A stretch of DNA of 59,446 nt from Lentisphaerales bacterium (GTDB lineage Bacteria; Verrucomicrobiota; Lentisphaeria; Lentisphaerales; Lentisphaeraceae): NCBI GenBank assembly GCA_022446985.1, contig JAKVBD010000028.1, positions 1 through 59,446 of the forward strand, given 5' to 3'. Below, in pieces: positions 57,377 to 59,446 of this stretch; the first letter of the stretch is position 1; each line of letters opens with the position of its first letter. Below the pieces are notes generated by a model. That model saw nothing but the letters and a program-made list of their open reading frames with translations. It had not been told where the DNA came from and searched no databases. The position numbers were made by a program, and so were the translations under genes.

Positions 57377-59039
57377 TGAAATATAGAATATTTTTTGCGC
57401 GATATTTCTGCTTCTGGCAGACACTTTATTAAAAGCTGAAGAGAAGGCTCCAAACTTTATCATTTTTTATATGGATGACGTCGGCTGGGCCCAGACATCG
57501 GTCAAAATGATGGACTCTGAACCTCTGTCCGTTAGTAACTTTTATGAGACCCCAAATCTGGAAAAACTAGCCGCCAGAGGCATGAAATTTTCAAATGCCT
57601 ACGCTCCGACTCCAACATGTACCGGCTCCAGAGTCAGTATTCAATTCGGCAAAACTTCCGCCCGAATGCAGTACCGTTTTGTTCACGATGTTCTGTCTTA
57701 TAAGCAGCGTCCCAATGGATATAAAGACGAAGTTTCAATTGCCGGCATGCTTAAAGCGACTAATAAAAATTACATAACGGCTCACTTCGGCAAGGGAATC
57801 AGTGTCGAACAACTTAAGGATGTCGGTTACGATATTACCGATGAATACGAAGAGATCGCTGCAAATGGCAATTTTCATGGTGAATACATCGACATTCAAA
57901 GCAAAGAACCTCTGCCAGAAAATGATCCCAAGCGCATATATTCTTTAACTAAGGAGTCCCTCAAGTTTTTGGATGAGTATGCCGGAAAACAGCCTTTTTA
58001 CATGATGATCTCTCACTATGCTGTTCACGGACCTCAAGCAGCATCTCCGCACATTCTCAAAAAATGGCAGAAGAAGTACGATGCCTTGAGTAAACCTTCT
58101 GACAAAAATGAACTTAGACAATTTGAGCGCCTGCGAACGCCAATGTTTGCTTCCATGATAGATGAATCAGATGCTCACCTTGGAAAGCTTATGGAGATGC
58201 TTAAGGAGAAAGGTGAATTAGAAAATACTTACATCATATACACGTCAGATAATGGTGCGGAGTGGACGCCAATGAATACTCAAAAACAACGCTATAATGG
58301 TCCATTAACACAAGGTAAATACTTTCCTTTTGAAGGCGGCTTACGGATTCCATTTGTAGTCGCCGGCCCTGGGATTCCTGCCGGGATACAATGTGATACA
58401 CCGATTGTTCAATGGGACTTATTACCGACTTTTCACGATCTTGCTGAAAGTAAACAGGCTCTTCCTGCCGGTGTAGATGGCGGTAGTTTAAGAGCTGTTT
58501 TTACACAAGGAAATGCTGCTCCGGCAATAAAGCGTCAGGCCCCTGGACTTGTCTTTCACTTTCCCAGTTATTATCAGCCACCAATCAGCTCCATTCGTAT
58601 AGGTGACTTCAAACTTATGCATAATCTAAATACAGGTGAGATGCGACTGTATAATGTTAAAACGGATTACCGCGAGAAGAATAACCTTATAAATGAAATG
58701 CCTGAAAAAGCTGCTGCTATGGCTAAGACTCTTGGAGATTATGTTAAGAGTGTCAATGGCGGTGAAGTGGAAGATGTCTATCAAGCAGCTATTGACCTGT
58801 TTAATGAATTTGATAGAAGAGCAAAAGAAAGTTATGAGAAAAAACTGGCGTCAGCAAAATCAGAAGCAGAAAAACAACAATTAAAGGAAGCATACGAGAA
58901 AAAATTGCGCTCAAATATGGTGAAGCGCGAAATGATCAAAGATCAAAGAAAGTCAGGTAATTGGCACGGTAGCGCTGCCAAAAAAACGATGACTCGCCTG
59001 GGCATCAAAAAAGACGGCACATTTCTCAAGAAAAAATAA
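57377..59039 (+). CDS. Sulfatase-family protein with non-canonical core CTGSR (Pro replaced by Gly). Signal peptide frameshifted relative to the body at a T6 run (57391-57396)
   Basis: ATG at 57377 gives MKYRIFF, then runs out of frame. Frame 0 reads ...AIFLLLADTLLKAEEKAPNFIIFYMDDVGWAQ into ORF 57471-59039. One extra T yields a perfect signal peptide. Body motif PTPTCTGSRVSIQFG aligns to the sulfatase signature. Confidence 0.7.
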
Positions 59040-59188
59040 TAATTAAAATGCTTCTTCAGGAATCTCTGTAAGATCATTTTTGATATCAGTTGATGCGGTT
59101 TCTTCTTCAATCTGTAAATAATAACTACCAAATATGTAGCTATATAAAATCTCTAATAGAAAGAAAAACCAATAATTTGAAATTGTCA

Positions 59189-59212
59189 CGCAGAGGCGCA
59201 GAGGCGCAGAGA
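59189..59212. repeat. Tandem octamer GCAGAGGC, about 2.75 copies
   Basis: Read directly: CACGCAGAGGCGCAGAGGCGCAGAGATTC. Confidence 0.5.
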
Positions 59213-59406
59213 TTCATCTTATATAAACCATTTAATTAAATATTTGAGGCTATGTAAATAAAGAAATCATCAGCATTCATTTTTGTAATCCCCCGCGCCT
59301 TTGACATCCTTAAAAGAACTTGAGTGGCACAAGTCTCCTAAATTACCTTGAGTGTGAACTCGGTAATATGTTTAAATAACCAAAAATAAACAAAGGAGAC
59401 TGTGCT

Positions 59407-59446
59407 ATGAAAACATATGTTGGAATCGATCTACATTCAACTAATT
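59407..59446 (+). mobile_element. 5' end of an IS110-family-like transposase gene (MKTYVGIDLHSTN...), truncated by the window edge
   Basis: The N-terminal Y-V-G-I-D-L-H-S motif is characteristic of IS110/IS1111 transposase N-termini. Only 13 codons are visible. Confidence 0.4.

Noticed and set aside
59189-59212. Possible CRISPR array or other spacer-repeat structure
   Set aside because: Only 2.75 copies of an 8-mer with no spacers. No repeat-spacer architecture anywhere in the window and no cas genes.
1-59446. tRNA, rRNA, tmRNA, SRP or RNase P genes
   Set aside because: No intergenic segment shows tRNA-like cloverleaf spacing with conserved T-loop/anticodon features. The intergenic spaces are short. 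The structured 53132-53286 element lacks SRP/tmRNA consensus motifs.

Overview
This 59.4 kb window (about 40-43% GC) reads as a chromosomal segment of a PVC-superphylum bacterium, most likely Lentisphaerae/Verrucomicrobia-like. Three things support that: several secreted sulfatases, a Pirellula/Verrucomicrobium-type 'membrane-bound dehydrogenase + HEAT + CxxCH heme' protein, and a possible DUF1559-like gene remnant. Coding density is high.

Gene content in order:
- 1-12.8 kb: an MFS-type transporter; a divergently arranged AmmeMemoRadiSam system (radical SAM enzyme plus a fused Memo-like/AMMECR1 protein); a small glycan-modification locus (GT-A-like protein, two SAM methyltransferases, a GT-B fragment; two of these are disrupted); then a minus-strand operon tyrA-dxs-(HExxH membrane protein)-lnt.
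- 12.9-26.7 kb: two small envelope proteins; recJ-rnc; rplM-rpsI; argCBDF; two nucleotide-sugar dehydrogenases (ugd and a WbpA/TviB-like enzyme); cysDN.
- 26.9-33.2 kb: an arginine-succinyltransferase-like cluster (class-III aminotransferase, astA, astD, DUF1338-like) and a coiled-coil protein.
- 33.3-41.6 kb: the most unusual locus. It is a minus-strand operon encoding an NfeD/YqiJ-like membrane protein, a 732-aa flotillin (SPFH) protein with 63-bp tandem coiled-coil repeats, a 1621-aa protein whose only recognisable module is a C-terminal MoxR/dynein-type AAA+ ATPase, and a 170-aa acidic protein. GC-rich hairpins sit between the flotillin and giant genes. This combination is not a described system, to my knowledge.
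- 41.9-47.7 kb: a tetR-MFP-RND efflux operon with a palindromic operator, and a Dabb-family lipoprotein.
- 47.9-59.4 kb: the PVC-type dehydrogenase/HEAT/cytochrome c protein; three sulfatases, two of them with non-canonical CxPxR cores (CSVAR and CTGSR); an IS1380-like transposase; and the start of an IS110-like transposase at the window edge. The secreted proteins here end in poly-lysine tails (KKRKKKK-like).
- A 155-nt multi-hairpin GC-rich element lies between two convergent sulfatase genes.

The sequence carries at least five apparent coding lesions. Three are frameshifts at short homopolymers (methyltransferase, dxs, sulfatase signal peptide). Two are in-frame stops (a TAA inside rplM, a TGA inside the glycosyltransferase). 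The homopolymer pattern suggests sequencing error, but that needs read-level checking.

I found no rRNA, tRNA or CRISPR arrays.
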